Assembly: GCF_964355755.1 (NCBI RefSeq)
Contig: NC_092676.1
Coordinates: 3,883,888 to 3,947,887, forward strand
Source of the DNA: Antedon mediterranea
Lineage: Eukaryota > Animalia > Echinodermata
DNA length: 64,000 nucleotides
Reading direction: 5' to 3'
Numbering within the stretch: position 1 is the first letter of the stretch; every line of letters begins with the position of its first letter. The position numbers and the translations under genes were made by a program. Below, one piece after another: positions 13,967-27,092 of this stretch. The notes beneath the pieces were generated by a model that ran no database searches, was not told where the DNA came from, and worked only from the letters and a program-made list of their open reading frames with translations.

Positions 13967-14189
13967 TTAACCAGGGAATCCTGACTTTTAAAAACTTAAC
14001 CCGAATGAAATGTTACAATTACGCTAAACAAACGGGTCAATGCTTCCATACCCGTAGTACAATTTTAAATTGACGGTAATGACTATTTTGTATATTGTAA
14101 TAGCTTATTTTATGCATGAGTACATTAATATACGAATTATAATGGAATGAAACTTGTTGAAATCGCTTTACCTTGTGTGCACTGTGTAC

Positions 14190-14345
14190 GTGTTAATAGA
14201 AAATCGCGCACATTCGTGTAAATACACAATTGCGCATATTCGTGTAAATAGACAATCACACACATTCGTGTTAATACACATTCGTGTAAATAGACAATCG
14301 CGCACATTCGTTTTAATAGATCATCACGCACATTCGTGTAAATAA
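14190..14345. repeat. ~24-bp minisatellite CGCACATTCGTGTAAATAGACAAT
   Basis: About 6 units; related inverted units at 13141-13193. Confidence 0.85.
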
Positions 14346-14629
14346 AGTTTAGTGATCAATCGTGTACGTTGTTTTTAGAAGGTAAAATAAATGTATAAAT
14401 AGTACAACATGTAGACGTCATCCTAACATTCACGCGCGCGTACAAAAGTGCATAGGCCTTAACAATATGGTTAAGTTATAATTATTTCAGATAAACCATA
14501 CGAAAGTGTGTTTATAGCTATTATGGCCATCTTTTATTTTTATTTTGATTTACAGAATACTTATTCAATAGTGCTTTTTTGGTCTCTGCTGCGCTACTGT
14601 AGGCCTATTAGTCGAATTCAATAGCGTAA

Positions 14630-14812
14630 AGCCCTGTCTATACTATCAAACTAGTTTGGATAAAAACAGTGTGATGTGCCCAAATATGGTAGTGATATGC
14701 CCAAATATGGTAGTGATATGCCCAAATATGGTAGTATTATGACATCATCATGTCCATATATGGGCATATCACATTGTTTTGTCACATAAAGTTTGAGAGT
14801 GTAGACAGAGCA
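14630..14812. mobile_element. MITE family A with three internal 21-bp tandem units
   Basis: TIRs; TAA duplication at 14627-14629 and 14813-14815. Confidence 0.88.
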
Positions 14813-17441
14813 TAAGATATTGATCTTTACGTTATGGTTTTACTTTGTGTTTTACATTCCACAAAATTTAAACCTACTACCCCAATGTTTAAGACATTGG
14901 GGACTTTACGAAACATTACGGTTAGGGGAGGACGACGAAGATTCTGTGTTCGCTAGAGCGTAAAATCATAAACAGACGACATAGCCGTTTTACTAGTTAC
15001 GTACGTCATTAATTCTCAATCCCATCAATATTATTTGTATTATTAATAATAAGTCAAATGTGTATTTTGGTTTTTATAAAACGGCTAAATAATGTTGCAA
15101 GGTCAGTAGACTGTACAAGACGCCATGCCTGCGTCTAAGTAGCAACAACTTGTGTTATGGCAGCTGAAACAGCCAAATCTCGCGCGGTTGCTGTCGGACC
15201 CAACATGTACAGACATTCGTATCACAGTTGCATCGACGTATTCAACGCCTTTGTGTTTGTACATTCGTCTATTTGTCTCACTGTTAATTTAAAGTGTGAG
15301 TACTCCCACGGCTGATGGTCAATACGGCATAGTTAGTTTCTAACGCGATTCATCGACTTGTAACGAATTGCTGACGCGTTAGCAGTAAAGGTTTAAAAAA
15401 CACTTGTTGGCAATGAAGCGTTTTGAATAAAACCCTTTTATATACGCGGCGCAATAGCAAAAGTGTATGTATATGTGTATATTTAAAATATATGCGTACA
15501 TTAATAAAATGATTTCTACCGTGTATGCATTTTGCTGCTTACGGCGCCCTATACCGATTTGCCCTAACTTTTGTTAACGTATACTAAGACGCGCTAGAAC
15601 GTAGCCACTCGCACCGACACGTCTTGATTTCTATACTAGACCGTGCGTCGTGTGCAGATTAAAATTACAGTACAGTAGGCCTGACTGACTTTAAAGATGT
15701 CAAATCATTTGTTGGTTACATTTTCTATAACAACGAATGTACATGAAATCCGTCTACACCGAGTGCAACTTTAATGTAAGGAGAATGATCGACGTGGAAC
15801 GGCATTCTAACAGACACATTTCATCGTCGTGTGAATAAGTGTCATTAAGTCACATATAAGTAGTAAGACCTGTCTACACTAGCAATATACACTAATGAAG
15901 ATAACTGTCGTTCGCTATTATATTCACTATTTAATGTCGCAATTTAAATCTATAGAACCAGTAAGTACAAGAACATGATGTTGCTTTGATTAAGGTAATT
16001 ATCATACCATTATTAGATTAATGCGATTTTATAGTACACTGCATGTACAGAGATTTCAATCTGCTTGTGTCGAGCGAAGTTACTAACGACACTTACATAA
16101 CACTAGTCTGGGTTGACTTAATAAATATTTTGGCACATATGGCGTTTCATATGTATATTATTTGAGCTTGTATTTTCAGACAAATATCGAAAGGTTGACT
16201 GGTGGACTAACATAAAAAAGACAATAAATAAATAAACATACACATAAACCTGTTGGTTCTCACTTTAGAAACAACGCATGACGTAGGCGCGCCGCAAATA
16301 ATTTGACCAATCACGACGCGGATCATCATCACTTGTGATTGGTCAACTTATTTCGTTGTGCCTACGTCGAAGAAATAAAAAATATTGAAATTCAACTTAG
16401 CCTATAACTAGTTCCTGTCAAACACATCTTCCATTTTAAGTAACATATATATTTAATAGATTCAATATACAATTTGTTAACACGTCATATGACGCGTGAC
16501 AAGTCCCGCCCCCATGGGTTTTGTACGCGTATCCAGGATGTAATATTATTCCTATAACGTGAGTTCGAGTATTTCATAAAATCGCTGGCAATCGAGTGAA
16601 AAGATTGTGACAGAGCATGTAATATCTATTTAAAATATTTTAAGAGATACATTTGACTAAATGCTTTAGTTTATACCATATTCTAAAATGTTTCCTTCTC
16701 TTGGTTGTTGGGGGGGGGGGGGGAAGGGTCTAGAACGTATTGCAATACAAGTATGTTGGCGCTATCACTTTTTAAAAAAAGGAAATGACGTATTGCTATT
16801 ATAATCATATCATCATCATACTATGTAGGCCATCATACTTTTTATTGAAGATATCACATGATATGACGTCACAAAATATCCCAACATGTACGCGCGCGTG
16901 CGGAAGTCGTACGAATGTTATCGTTTGAACGCGCTCGTATAGTTCATACTATGTAGGCCATGTAGGCCATCATGCATTTCATTGATGGTATCGCAGGATA
17001 TGAAGTCACAAAAAGTCCCGACATGTACGCGCGCGTGCAAAATTCGTTTGAACGCGCTCGTATAACAGGATGAAATATGCATGTATCATAGTCTTTTGTG
17101 TGTGGTTTTTAGGCCTTGTATCTATCTATATACAATAGTATGATAATCGGTCGATTTGCGGCCTTAAGCGAATCTGATTATGCATACATAACTATATATA
17201 TACAAAAGACTAGTCAGCACAATAATGATGTCTATGGAATACTTGATGAGACAATGATGACGTTTAATTTATTCACAAAATTTATATAAACCTACCTCGC
17301 TTTAATTTATACATTATTTAATCGTAAAATAGATTAAATTTAACTGGTATTGTAATTTTAAAAATTGAACAAAGCGTATACGAATGATTAATAGTGCCAT
17401 GATGATGTTGGTTAAAAAACAATGATTATTATTTTTTTTTA

Positions 17442-17598
17442 AGTTCTGTCTACACTATGAAACTAGTTTTCCCAAAAAATTGTGATGTGCCCAAATATGG
17501 GATATGTCCAAATATGGTAGTGATATGACATCATCATGCCCATATATGGGCACATCACATTTTTTTGTCGTATAAAGTGTGATAGTGTAGACAGAGCT
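17442..17598. mobile_element. MITE family A
   Basis: TIRs and internal identity to other copies. Confidence 0.85.
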
Positions 17599-17808
17599 TT
17601 GAAGATTATATCCTGCCAATTATTCAATATACAAATAGGTTTTTCATTGTAATGTATTACTTATCAGTAATTGTGATTGTCTGTGACGTCACCGTATCAA
17701 CATTCACAAAACGTAATCGCGTAACTCTCGAATAATCGAGTAAACCGATCATCGATATATTAACGGTTGAACATTTACACTAATGTGATATTTATGTACT
17801 AGCCTTAA

Positions 17809-18161
17809 AGATTTATTGTCCCCCTAAACAAATAATTCGGAAAAATATTTTAGTTAAATATGCCATTTTAATGTCATCAAGTAGTCCACTCTGACCAAAA
17901 ATTGGATTAAAAAATGTATTTACCTTAAAAAACTGTAATTTAGGGGCCTAAAGCAAAAAAATAGTCAAATTGGCTGCCAGAATGGAGTTTTTGTTGAATT
18001 GACCTATTTCTTTTGTTATTTTATAAGTGAAAACATTGATTTTCTCCGGGTTTTTTCTACAGAAGTTATTAACTTTTTTAAAACTATAAAATAATATATT
18101 CAAAGTCTGTTTTTATTAATCTTTATTTTTCATGTTTTTGGGGGACAATAGGCCTACATCT
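17809..18161. mobile_element. Kolobok-like MITE (TTAA TSD, AG..CT termini, TIR AGATGTATTGTCCCC)
   Basis: TTAA on both sides; homologous copies at 36672, 57678 and 61478, partial copies at 9493 and 58693. Confidence 0.8.
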
Positions 18162-18270
18162 TTAATGAAGGCTGATTTGTTAACAAATTGTCTATTTATA
18201 CTCATCTTTCATCGAATAAGGAAGCTATATCCGTTCACATAGATCATACCGACAAAGGAAACGTTACCGA

Positions 18271-18557
18271 TGGGACGCGATTTTTTTTTCATACATAAGT
18301 TGGGGACCCCTTTTGTGAAAGATAACTACACCTAACCCTCTAAATTATCTCTCTCTCTAACTATAAAGTAAAAAGATGTTACTCATGGGATTCGAACCCC
18401 ATATATTGACATGTAAATTCCATAGTCTAATCCACTCGACTACACAGACGGCTCGACAGAAAGCGTTTGCATTATGGATACGACTAATGAATATTCATGT
18501 TTATTTTGTGACGTTTCATGAGGAGTCCCCAACTTATGTACGAAAATTAACCGACCG
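18271..18557. mobile_element. Inverted-repeat element containing a tRNA-like Pol III promoter
   Basis: Arms TACATAAGTTGGGGAC / GTCCCCAACTTATGTA; minus-strand A box TAGTCGAGTGG (18432-18442) and B box GGTTCGAATCC (18388-18398). Confidence 0.6.
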
Positions 18558-19419
18558 TGGTTTGTAGAACGTATCTTACAAATACACGTAGGATACTGTA
18601 TTATGTCTAGCGACAAAAAACAATATTCAGTATCGTTATATGGGACCGTCTTCTGAGACAATACAGTTAGCGTCTTCTTCAGAAACGATATATAAACGGT
18701 TTTATGCCAACCATCTTCTAGTTCGTTTACCATAGTCGCAAAACGAATGGTTACATGTCCACGCCTCCTCGATGAGCTGTGGGAACATTATTGGACCAGT
18801 CCATCCAAGAATTTAATATACCGAAGCAAACTCGGATTGAAATGCAAAAACTTCATTCGAGTCGGTATACATGCTCTTTTTAGCGGTTAACTTGTCATGT
18901 TGCTAAATATTCGAACACTGTTGCATTAAGAATTTTAACATTAACGTGTACACTCGGCATATTGTTTGAATTCATCAGCTTTTCATCACTCTATGAATAT
19001 TCATGAATAGACGGTAGGAATATTCATAAACGAGACAGTAAAAGTTATCTATATTATAGTAATAATATCAATAATTACTGTATAACAAACGTTAACAAAA
19101 ACTACAATAAAGATATTATAATAGAAATATGTGTTCTTTGGTCATCTGGTAGACTTTCCCTAAGTCTGTAGTTATTGTATTTTATGTTAGTACATGCACC
19201 AGTCTTCGGCGTTTCGATTTTTATATGAAAATGTAGGTTTAAGAATTACACGTATGAAACGCCATATGTGCCAAAATATGTATCATTTTACAGTACTAGA
19301 TCTGGATACCGATACTGTCAAAATTGGCCCTTAGTCAACATGACATTCCTTGTCCCCTTGAATACTTAGTGTAATTGCAAGAGGCTTTACATAAATTAGA
19401 ATATAAGTGATTTTGTTTA

Positions 19420-19935
19420 ATGCATACGCATCAAACAGCGCCAATGGATAGATACCGTAAACTATCATTTATAAAGTCATTTAAGGCTTAGGGAGTGAAG
19501 GTGAAAAAATCGCGAGTTACAACCCTGTCACTATGTCAGAATTGAACTAGAACTTGGGTTTGGAAGGCAAGTATGTTAACACCCAAAGCTACTACGCCAC
19601 TCTAAATCATAAAACTAAAAGATATATAACGACATTAAAATCAATAATGTAAGCCTACAGTAAGCTAAGGAATTACACCGTGGGCACTAGGAATGGACAT
19701 GGAAAGCAAGTATGTTAACCACCAAGTACTAACCCACTACAAATCATAAAACTAAAAGATATATAACGACATTGACATCAATAATGTAGGCCTACAGTTA
19801 ACCTAGGGAATTGAACCCTGGGCATTTGGAATAGAAATGGAAAGTAAACCATGTTAACCATGAAGCTACTGCTCATCTTATACTACAATCATAAAATGAA
19901 AAGATAAATAAAACAACATTATCATCAATAATGTC
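19420..19935 (-). mobile_element. tRNA-Gly(TCC)-like SINE with tandemly triplicated head region (~139-bp unit)
   Basis: Minus-strand GTTAACATACTTGCCTTCCAA resembles the tRNA-Gly-TCC D/anticodon arm; body shared with 48130-48335. Confidence 0.7.
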
Positions 19936-21688
19936 CCGCTGTACCGCAGTAAACTATTTCGTCGTTGCCAGACGCCACACAAACCCCATGACACACGAGG
20001 CAATAATGATATGCTTGTGAAATACCAATTGCTGAAAATGTATAATATTGCCACAGACGGCAACATATAACTTATAGTCAGTTTATATAATATAATATCC
20101 ATAATTAGTTTGATCTTGGCATATTGATCAAATGCCCTAGGCCTCTGAAATTACTATCTGATATGCAAGTTATATCATCGATATTACTACGAAGAATTGT
20201 AGTTTGATGGCTGGAATTCTGTAGAATATTCAAATGTGATTCTCGTAAGCTGCTCATGACTAAAAATCAGCAAAACCAAGAGGAGGACCGTCAGGAGAGG
20301 CACAGCGTGACAAATGGAGACTTGTACCTAATTCACAATCACAACTTTAAACACATAGGCCTACTAACTAACACCTGACCCCTACTCCCAAATATACAAC
20401 CCAAAAAGTAACAAACGTGCTTGGAGCTCCAAAACGGAAACTAACCTAAACCCAACTTTCTCAGCAAATCCGAAAATGGGGGTTATGCCTTAAAAAGCAC
20501 CAACTTATGTGCTGTTTATCACTTCTGAACACCAACAGAATGATCAACGTTTAGAAACTATTTGTGTACAGATATATAAACATGTATTTTTTTTAATGAA
20601 AATGCACTAAACAATTAGCAGTATCTGCATTAGAATCGGTCATTGTGGAACACACCTATTAAGGAGACACTTTGTTGGGTCCATAATGGTTCCCCATTGG
20701 AGTTCTACTGTATTATAAACTACAGCAAGAACCCCTGTGGCCATATTCACCATTCATACTTAGGCTAAGGGAAAAACCCATAACATTAAAAAAAATCTCT
20801 TATCTAAGTGAATACAATTTAAGGGAAGTTTAAATATTTTGTTGAGTTAAGTGAACTACTTACTAATATTGAAGAGGAATATCTCACTTAAGTGTGATTG
20901 GTGAATCATTTGGAACACGGCACCATGCCTTGTTAACAAAAATAATCCTTTTAGAAGATGACTTTTGAACCATTAAACAGAATCTGAACTTGAAATCTCT
21001 TTAGATACATCGTTAAGACACATTTGTTAAGTTATAAAATATTAACGCTATATATCACAGATTTAATATGCAAGAAGTGACTTTATGTACACCACTAGCA
21101 TTAGCGGTGATAAGTAATGTGTATATAGTAACACGGTAGCATATCACAACTATTCACCAGAATCTCTATATTGTATTTTCATAGGAAAATTCCGTAATAC
21201 AGCATCCCATGTATATCACATGACGCATGTATTATGGAAGGTTAAATCAAAGGTAGATCATAAGGTCTAAACAGCTTATAACAGGAAAGGCGAGACCAAG
21301 CTCAGTTGTAATTAAACTTCAATAACTTAATAATAATTTCTCAGTAGGCCTAGGTGTAATAAAAACAAACCGGTGAGTTCATTAAAGTGATTTAAACAAA
21401 CTTTACACTTATCAATACTATAACACTTCTGTTTTTCGTTCCGCTCGAATAAATACATTTCAATGGATTGCTCAAAGAACACACTACGCGTTTCACACAG
21501 AATGTTACGTAACAGCGTAACGTTTGTGATATTGCGCTTGTTTTCAAACCAATCAGCGTTGTGATAGTTTACAATTTCACCACATATATTCCGATATCGT
21601 TCATCTAGCTCCGTCGATCGCGCAATTGTCCTAATTTACAGCAATAAGCGTGTCATAACAACCCTTTCCCGCTTAACTCCCCCACCCC

Positions 21689-21824
21689 TAGTGGCGTAAC
21701 GCGGAGGCCTAAGGCCCATGGTTTATGAACCCTCCAACGCCGGAAGCCTCGGGCGTTTTAAGCATTTTGTCGACACTGCTCAGGGGTCCCATAAGCTCCA
21801 GGGCGCTTAACCGTTACACCACTG
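21689..21824. mobile_element. hAT-like MITE (TAGTGGCGTAAC..GTTACACCACTG)
   Basis: TIRs; related copy in opposite orientation at ~24824-25010; TSD not convincing. Confidence 0.55.
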
Positions 21825-22298
21825 CCGTCCTCTCCCCGACCAACTACCTTCTTAGATCGATAGATATCCAGTGCGTAGTATATGTTGTTCGGCTTGCAAT
21901 TGTTCTTCAAGGAGATTGGAGGTGCCTGGGTGTTAGTTATGATATTGTCCAAGGGGATCTTTATTTTCTGGGCGTTATATAGATATTTTGGACGAAGTTG
22001 TAATAGAAGTAACACTAATGCACGTCCGAGAATGAAGATGTACTTGTAATTCTCTGATACCACCAGTAGCTAATGAGATGTAATTACCTACATCTGCTAC
22101 TGCTTGGTGTGATGCATCTCAGCAGACAGTACGAGTAATGTCTTCAACATTCTTCAATCTGTCGGCTACATTTCAAGCTACAACGATATTAAATATTATT
22201 TCCCAGTCTAAAGCTCTGTATTCACTATAAAATTAGTTAGTTCAACTAATCACCCGATCAATACTAATTGACAGTTTAATGATTATTATTTTGTTTTA

Positions 22299-22754
22299 AG
22301 CTCTGTCTACACTATCAAACTAGTTTTACACAAAAGTGTGATGTACCCAAATATGGTAGTGATATGCCCAAATATGGTAGTGATATGACGTGCATCATTC
22401 ATATATGGAACATTACATTTTGTTTTCACATTCACAACGTTTCGATTTTTGTCTGAAAGTAGTTTACAAGCTCAAGTAGTATACCTATGAAACGCCATAT
22501 GTGCCAAATTATTTATCTCTTTATGTCAAATTATTATTATCTTTTTGTTTTTGTCTGAAAGTAGTTTACAAACTCAAGTAGTATACGTATGAAACGCCAT
22601 ATGTGCGAAATTATTTATCTCTTTATGTCAAATTATTAGTATCTTTTTTGTCTGAAAATAGTTTACAAGCTCAAGTAGTATACGTATGAAACGCCATATG
22701 TGCCAAACTATTTATCTTTTACTAAAGTGAAAACTCCGTCTGTAACCCAGATTA
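22299..22754 (+). mobile_element. Truncated MITE A fused to three tandem copies of the repeat B core
   Basis: Left TIR at 22299; GTCTGAAA..TATGAAACGCCATATGTG units at ~22451, 22553 and 22650. Confidence 0.8.
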
Positions 22755-22771
22755 GAATTGAACCAGTCAAT

Positions 22772-22973
22772 CTGCGGTTGGATGGCCCTCTGCACAATAA
22801 CTATATGATCGATGCTTTCACCAGGTCACTCTTCCCTGCTTTCACCAATGCGGTTGAATGGCCCTGCACAATAACTCTATAAAACGATGCTTTCACCAGG
22901 TCACTCTTCCCTGCTTTCACCAATGCGGTTGAATGGCCCTGCACAATAACTCTATAAACCGATGCTTTCACCA
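22772..22973. repeat. ~76-bp tandem repeat x2.6
   Basis: TGCGGTTGAATGGCCCTGCACAATAACT..GATGCTTTCACCA units. Confidence 0.9.
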
Positions 22974-25812
22974 ATTGTACATTTCAGAGAGAAGTCAGTA
23001 ACCTTAAAACGATCTAGTACTTGACTAATACTGTCACATTTATCCAGACGTGGATAATGTTGATGCAAGGGATAACGAACTGAAAAAAACAATTGTTGCC
23101 GCTGTCACTGCACATACAGAATAAACAATCACCAGCGCTTACCATTAATTACGGTTATAAACGCCAAAATCCAGCTTTTAAAAATGATATGTCAATACGG
23201 CAGCAGCAATTAATTCGAAAGCCTCCAAGAGAATGTATGACATGCTTTTTAAACTAACCTCAGATAAACTATATCGTATTTCGTTGTTGCAATATTCGTT
23301 TTAAACAATCATGTACAATTTACATAAAATAAGAAAGCAAGATGAAGATAAAAAACCATCATTAGAATCAATGTCCAATGTCCGCATTTTTTTTAAATTT
23401 TCGGTAAAATAATTCTGAGATAAACATTCAGGGGGTTGTTGTTCGTACCTTATCCCCTAACTACTTTTCAGTTGTTTAAGAAAAAAGCGGGCGCCCCAGC
23501 CCGGACAGCTTGTACGCACCTGCGTTATGCGTCTTTAATATTCGACCGTTACTCGCAAACACCTCGCAATGTCTACTAGCTCTGGGGTGGGGGAAGAGAA
23601 GCTGTTCTCTATATTTTCTGCTGAAAATAGCCCATACCAATCGAATACGCCGACTGATTCAGATATGATTTGGACCTAGGATTGTGAGAATGTATTACAG
23701 TTACTATACAACCATGATACCGTTTGTTTTTTGTTCCGTGTTTTATTTGTTTTCTATTGTGTGCTAATATGACAATACAATAACGTACGGTGAGAGTCAA
23801 TAAAATAAATTTGCTATAAAATGTATGGTATTGCGACATGTCATGTGATTAAATGCCGACACTTCGTTTTCCCGATGCTACTACGAAACCATTTGAGTAT
23901 AACAGTCAATCTGCGCATGCTCATAAATGTCAGAGACATTTTTTTTTTCTTTGGGAGTTGGAGCATAACGCACATAAAAAATGATCTAATTGTCATTTTG
24001 TGTCTATATTAACAATATTGAGAACATCGCGTTCTTCGTGGTGTCAGTAGCCGACGATATTCTGACGTCACATTATTGTATTTAGGTAAAGCGTACATCT
24101 ATGTGACGACTGAAACACAAACACAGTGTGTACGACGTTCACATAATACACGGTAACCGCCGTTATCATTGTCAAGTGTAAATACATAAAATTGCTTAAT
24201 ATAATATTTATATAAACTAAAAGGTCACGGCTAGGTGTTGGTCCAATTAGCCTATCACCATCTGAGAATATGTCTATGTGGCATAATCCATTTAATCTCA
24301 TTGCGTTGTTTTTTTTTTTCGCTCGGGAATGAATTATATACTCTCGTGTTTTGTTATTTCATTTTATTCGGCTTTTGTGCAATAATAAAATATTGATCGA
24401 TTTTTACATTTTGGGTTTACAATTTACTCACGTGACTATTTACATATACAGAATAATGTAATCATTATTTTGGTCGATTTATAGTATTCGAAGGATCTAC
24501 GTTCGTGCTGTATAACATGAACAATATTAATTTGTGAGCAGATTTATAGCGTAAACGCAATGTCATTTTACACAGAAGTACGTGCAGAATGAGTATGATG
24601 CACTGTTGAATAATGCTATATATCTATATCAATATACAATTAATGAGCGCTTTTATATTGGCTGATTTTTCATAATATTTGCCCTCACGTGTTGATTATT
24701 ACTCGCGTATTACAATCCCAATTTAGCCTGTTATGGGCCCGGTCAGGAGTTAGTTGTTTATCCGCTTAAATGTGCTATTGTACAAGTATCGCAAATTTGG
24801 TGAGTAGCCGCCAATTTCCTAGCTAGTGGCGTATATTTTAACGGGTATGAGCGCTAACTGGCTAAACCCAGAGTCCTGGAGCTTATGGGCCCTGAGTAGT
24901 ACCAAGTAGGAAAAATATATATATATTATGTCGAAAAGACTAAAAACGTCGGAGGCCTCCAGCGTTGGAGAGCCATTTAAGGTTCCTAACCCAGGGGCTT
25001 GTTACCAGCGTAAATAGCTAAATCTAAACGGTCCCTCTCGGTTTTATTAATTATATAAAATCCATAAATATATACATTGTTACTGTTCTTGTAGCCGTCT
25101 TCTCGTGAAGACACATGGCTGTCAATAACGGATACATAGTATCAGTTGACTTCACTGCTGGTGTAATCCAGATTTACGTTTTTACCATGCTATACACTTT
25201 TATTTTAAGAGCTATGTTACACATTGCGGCTATATGTCATTTCAAATGCGACAGTGACAATGACAATGATCCTTTATTTCTTTATCGACTTTTTTTCAGG
25301 GTACGAAAGAACATTCGTTCAATCTTAAACAGAAACAAACTAAACACTTCCAGACATAAATATTTGGTCTTATACATAATTGATATATCGAAAAGCAACA
25401 TCTAACTAAAACAAATACAAAATTTCATGAATAAATTTAGTTTTAGTTTGATAGCTTTTTTTGGGATCTGGTATTAAATAATTAGTGCATTTTGGTTCGT
25501 ATAACGTACACGTTTTAGTTTGACAGTCATGCGCAGTAGTCGCCCTGATTACGTGGAAAATTAAAATTCCTTTAATGCGATATTCTATAATCATTAAGTT
25601 ACGCGTAAGTTTAAGGGTCATCAGGAAAATCACTTTAAAGATAAAATAAAAACTCAGATGAGCATGTGTACGTGATTCGAATAAAACATATTACCAGATA
25701 AATTATATATTGAACAGACAAACTGGTTTGCATACGTTAAAACATACGCTAATGTTCATTGACGCATATTTGTCCATGGCGCGTAAATACAGTTTATTAT
25801 ACTGTAGAATTA

Positions 25813-26000
25813 TGCGTGGTTCCTACTAGAACGCAACGCAGCGACGTATCGACACAAAGTGCTGCATTGCGTAATCAAGTGGGAACCGACGACGCAATAG
25901 TGCTGCAAACATCGCAGGTTTGATTTCACGCAAGCGGCGGGGGAAAACACAGTGATGGAATGGGCATTTCTTACGTTGCGTCGCTAGTGGGAACCAAGCT
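25813..26000. mobile_element. MITE family C
   Basis: TIRs; TTA duplication on both sides. Confidence 0.85.
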
Positions 26001-26359
26001 TTAGTTTCCACTCTAGGTCACAACGCAAGGACGTACGTGCAAGGCATATTATTTGACCAATCACAAGTGACAGTTCCATTGATACGTCGCTTGTGATTGG
26101 TCAATTAAATCGGTTACTTATATGTCCATGCGCTATTATTGGATAAAAGTAATTTTGAAATATGATAGTAACGGATGACAATGATACTGCTTGATTGCCT
26201 AAGAATTGGAATAATGAATCATGATGCTGGCGACAGTGATGTATAGTTTAAGGTTAAATATTCACTACTAACCTGCTTTAAAGGCTAGCTTCGGGTTTAG
26301 CATTTCTATAGCTTAGGCCTATTATTATTGCAAAATATTTGCAACAACAGTGATAATAA

Positions 26360-26926
26360 AGCGTGGTTCCCACTAGAACGCAAACGCAAAGTAACGCAGC
26401 GACGTATCGACGCAAAGTGCTGTATTGCATAAACACGAGTGGGAACCGACGACGCAATAGTGCTGCAAACATCGCAGGTTTGATTTCACGCCGGTGGGGG
26501 CAAGCACAATTATTAGAAGGAGTAGATACGCTTCCGTTACGATCGTGGTACCACTAAACTAAAGCTTGGTCCCCACTAGAACGTAACGCAGCGACGTATC
26601 GACACAAAGTGCTGTATTGCGTAATCACAAGTGGGAACCGACGACGCAATAGTGCTGCAAACATCGCAGGTTTGATTTCACGCAAGCGGCGGGGGCAAGC
26701 ACAATTATTAGAAGGGGTAGATACGCTTCCGTTACGATCGTGGTACCACTAAACTAAAGCTTGGTCCCCACTAGAACGTAACGCAGCGACGTATCGACAC
26801 AAAGTGCTGTATTGCGTAATCACAAGTGGAAACCGACGACGCAATAGTGACGCAAATTATTAGAAGGGCATTTGCTTACGTTGTATAGATTGCGTTACGT
26901 TGCGTCGCTAGAAAGATCCAAAGCTT
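26360..26926. repeat. Tandem array of MITE C (~196-200-bp units x3)
   Basis: Units start at ~26360, 26562 and 26758. Confidence 0.85.
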
Positions 26927-26977
26927 AGTATAGCAGAAGTAAAGCAGAAAGAACGTCGCGAGGGAAGCCCCTTTTTC

Positions 26978-27092
26978 AACAAGGTCATATACATGGCTGC
27001 AGTCGCGTGCTCAAATTTGAGTTAGTGTTTACCGACCGACCGAACAACCGACCGACATAGTAAGCTGTAGAGCCGCGTTTACATGCGACTAA
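26978..27092 (+). mobile_element. Helentron-associated (HINE/DINE-1-like) non-autonomous element
   Basis: AACAAGG start, AGTCGCGTG sub-terminal repeat, (ACCG)n microsatellite, 3' hairpin AGCCGCGT..ATGCGACTAA. Confidence 0.65.

Noticed and set aside
18440-18900. 97-aa ORF and neighbouring short ORFs on the minus strand
   Set aside because: The ORF runs into a repeat and has no recognisable domain or splice support
21758-22170. GC-richer stretch with 101-aa and 85-aa ORFs
   Set aside because: No recognisable motif; partly overlaps a hAT-like MITE; possibly a decayed TE fragment but unassignable by eye
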